Assembly (NCBI GenBank): GCA_030248215.1
Contig: JASANG010002067.1
Span: 372,001 to 436,000 of the forward strand
Source: Enoplolaimus lenunculus
Taxonomy: Eukaryota
Direction: 5' to 3'
DNA length: 64,000 nucleotides
Made by a program: the position numbers and the translations under genes. The notes below the pieces were generated by a model. That model did no database searches, was not told where the DNA came from, and saw only the letters and a list, made by a program, of their open reading frames with translations. This document shows, one piece after another, positions 12,344 through 64,000 of this stretch (the stretch's first letter is position 1; each line of letters opens with the position of its first letter).

Positions 12344-12782
12344 TACTGCAGTGACCCGACTAAGAGAAGGAACTGATATTTATTTGTCCTCTCCTGAGTG
12401 TACTCCTGTTATTCGGCTACGGAATGTTATTGATTTTTAACCCGCCCTGTGCCGCCCTTCGTTACTAATATGAATATTGCAACTATCCGTTGAATTTAAC
12501 GTTTGCGTCTTGTATCAAAACCTTGAGCGATAACGCAAGGTTATGCTTAGGAATGTACTTTCAAAACTTAAGTATGCTTTAAAGTTTCGAACTCAACTTT
12601 ATTTTGTCCTTTAGTCATTTCTGCGCTACAATTAGGGATAATTAACATTTATAGACTCTGATTATAGGGTTTAGGGACTCTTTCCGTTTCGGACTCTTAT
12701 TAGGAATACGGACTCCTATTGATCGGACTCAAAATGCAGAATACCTCTCATATCACCTTTTCTTATTAGGGTCACTACAGTA
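12344..12782. mobile_element. Tc1/mariner-pogo-like MITE (uninterrupted paralog of 5723-6594)
   Basis: TACTGCAGTGACCCGACTAAGAG ... TCTTATTAGGGTCACTACAGTA; internal similarity to 5723-6594. Confidence 0.72.
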
Positions 12783-13341
12783 CACACATAGTTAACAGAT
12801 TGCAGAGCTAGAAAGGATATTAATATTTAGCATCCAGTGTAGCCTTACGATAATATATTTTTACAAAACACTTAGCAGCTTTGTCGCTCAATCAGAAAAT
12901 CTATATTGATCGAGATGAACAAATTCGAATACAATTTCAAAATGACAGGTAATTGGACCAAATTCAAATATACTTCGAAAAATTTTGAGATTAGAAGCCG
13001 TCACACGCAGGGTATAAACCCAACCCTACGCGTAGTTATACAAATACAATATCAAACCAGGTCTATATGCCAAACCGATTTTAAGCAATTACGTAAGGTT
13101 TTGCTCACTGTACGATTCATTAAATATCCAATCCATCCTCTGCTGATCCGGCAGTTGTTTACGTCTCCCGCATATTCATAATAAACTTAGATAATAAAAT
13201 AAGCTCATTCTTAAGCTTAAGCTTAACAATGACACAAGCAGTGATGTATGCGGTTACCTTTGCCTTGTAGTGCGGGGCAGGAGAAACTAAACAAGTACCG
13301 CTGACACAATACACCAAATATTGAACAATATTTTTATGTTT

Positions 13342-13410
13342 TAGTTTTTAATATTTTTAGGTATACATTTTATAGTTTTTAATATTTTTAGGTATACATT
13401 TTATAGTTTT
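13342..13410. repeat. 31-bp tandem duplication
   Basis: TAGTTTTTAATATTTTTAGGTATACATTTTA repeated twice. Confidence 0.85.
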
Positions 13411-14051
13411 TTATACAATAATTTGCCACATTGTATTTACGTTAAAGCGTTAACAAATCCCAACGTTTCATAAAAATCCAGCAACCACACCAAAAGCCTT
13501 AATCGAACAATGTTCTTTTTCTATCCACGAACGATTATATCTTAAAACCTAATACACTAAATCTCATGGTATAACATTAAACTAAAATTTTCGCAGCAGC
13601 AACAAATTGTTTGAATAAATTAAAAATAAAAACTTTAAATCTACCTATCCAGTGCGGTCAAAGCAAAACACAGACTGGATCGACAAAATACGGTATGTCA
13701 AAAACGCAAAAGCATAATACAACCACCAATGCCGCACTATTAAAACGTGCAAGGCGATGCTTACAATATTGAATAATAACAATTAATAAGTAGAATAGTT
13801 GCATACGTTTTTGGCTTACTATGCAAATTACAACTGCAAGTAGCTTTATTATATTTAATTTTCAAAAAGACCCACCCCACAAAACTTTCATAAGTGTTAA
13901 TTTCACGCACAGTGTACTCATCTGCTACAAGTATTCAGTTCCGTAAAACGTACGAAATCTAGCATTTTATGTAACTTACCAAAATCGCTTAAAATGATAA
14001 ATTATGGATAACCTATTTTACTGCTAAAACTTCGTTAAAGCATACTTATAA

Positions 14052-15278
14052 TGCGCCGTTCACAATAATTTTGTCAACGGCGCCACAAAATATGCCATAG
14101 CCCAAGGCTATCACGAGGTCATTTTCAAAATGACCTCGTGATAGCCTTGGGCTATAAGCGAAATCGCTTATAGCTCAGGGCTATCACGTGTCAGCCCCGT
14201 CCTCGAAACTCGTGATAGCCCTGAGCTATCACAAACCACCTCGAATTTAGCCACCCACACCACATACACAAACACAATACAAACGCACACAACGCAAATT
14301 AACACACAAACAACACACAAACCTATCAAGTTACATATCTTAAAATTTGCAAATATTCGTTTTAGCCCTGAACTAGGGCAAATTTTGTGGCACCGTTCGA
14401 TTTTTAAAATTTTGAGGAAGATGGAAAATTTTATGGTACGAAAGATATAGGCCATTTACCCTTTACTGCTAGGTCAGTTGGCCGGTCAGCTAGTTTTACT
14501 GCTAAAGATATGAAACTGCATATGAAAGAGGGAGCCAATGTTTACTTTTAGGGGCGTATATAAAGCGTAAAAGCCTAAGCCTAAGTATAATCTAGAATAA
14601 ACCTAATCTTTTATAGATCAACCTTAAAACTGGACGCCCCGTATTTGGCCAGAGGGCTCTTAAGTCTTATGAATATATACGCTATACTCAAATTTTATGG
14701 TATAAAAGAGATGGGCCTAAGTCTACCCTACCACAGCATAAAACGGTCAGCTAAATTTTGCTATTGAAATATATAAAATTTTACTGCTAAAGATATGAAA
14801 GAGAGGGAGCCAATGTTTACTTTTAGGGGCGTATATAAAGCGTAAAAGCGTAAGCGATATAAAAACGGGTTCGTACAGTCAGCTAGTTTTTTTACTGCTT
14901 TCAAAATTTAAGGTTTGCCACAAAACTCCTCATAGCACTGAGCTATCGTGCAGAGCAGAGGATTAAAATTTTAAAATTGAATTTGCTGGTATCACGTTTC
15001 ATAACACACATAAACATATGTGTGTTATGAATATAAATATATATAGAAGAGGAAATTTTGTGATAGCTCAGGGCTATCACGAGTTTCGAGGACGGGGCTG
15101 ACACGTGATAGCCCTGAGCTATAAGCGATTCCGGGCTGACACGTGATAGCCCTGAGCTATAAGCGATTTCGCTTATAGCCCAAGGCTATCACGAGGTCAT
15201 TTTGAAAATGACCTCGTGATAGCCTTGGGCTATGGCATATTTTGTGGCACCGTTGACAAAATTATTGTGAACGGCGCA
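14052..15278. mobile_element. Non-autonomous foldback-type DNA element with ~185-220-bp TIRs
   Basis: 14052-14235 is the near-perfect reverse complement of 15057-15278 (the right arm has one extra internal module). Flanked by TAA on both sides. Confidence 0.85.
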
Positions 15279-15403
15279 TAACAGACATTTTTAACTTCTC
15301 TGTTTAATATTTTATAAGTGTATTATTATAAGAACAGATTAATTAGACGACAATGCAAGAAATAATTGCCGAAATGCAACCAAACCATGCTAATATAATT
15401 GAT

Positions 15404-63770
<48,367 letters not shown>

Positions 63771-64000
63771 CTGAAAAAACATAAAAATACATTAATGCCC
63801 TACCTATTAGAACTACAAGAAATATCAACCAATTACATAAATTTTCCATGCAAGTAGACGCACGGTGTTACATATAAACCACTTATATCGGCAACAAAAT
63901 GACATTATTGACGTTCTAAACCTGGTACCTTATATGTATATGTATACAAATGCAAAGGAGTCGTACCCGCCCCTATATCCCCAACTGAAGGAATTTGGGT

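Overview
AT-rich, intron-rich eukaryotic (invertebrate, possibly nematode-like) genomic DNA. Most of the window (15404 to beyond 64000, minus strand) is the 3' part of a cytoplasmic dynein-1 heavy chain gene. I traced 56 exons from the linker through AAA1-AAA6, the stalk and the C-terminal domain to the stop codon. The most notable observation is in the 5.8-kb intron after AAA6. It holds two extra splice-flanked, in-phase, diverged paralogous exons (24608-24673 and 21984-22070) that re-encode the first helix and acidic patch of the C-terminal domain. They could give isoforms ending about where fungal cap-less dyneins end. The same gene has substitutions in near-invariant AAA1/AAA2/AAA3 motifs, a partial tandem exon duplication, and a complete 3-exon DEG/ENaC channel gene nested antisense in an intron. 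Also present: an intact piggyBac transposase with its right end, a decayed BEL/Pao retrotransposon and a related solo LTR, a 3-exon MSP-domain gene, many MITEs (some nested), two foldback elements, a TTAA-type MITE with a tRNA-Gly-like promoter, and a 2-kb 18-bp satellite. All protein comparisons are from recalled consensus sequences, not database searches.
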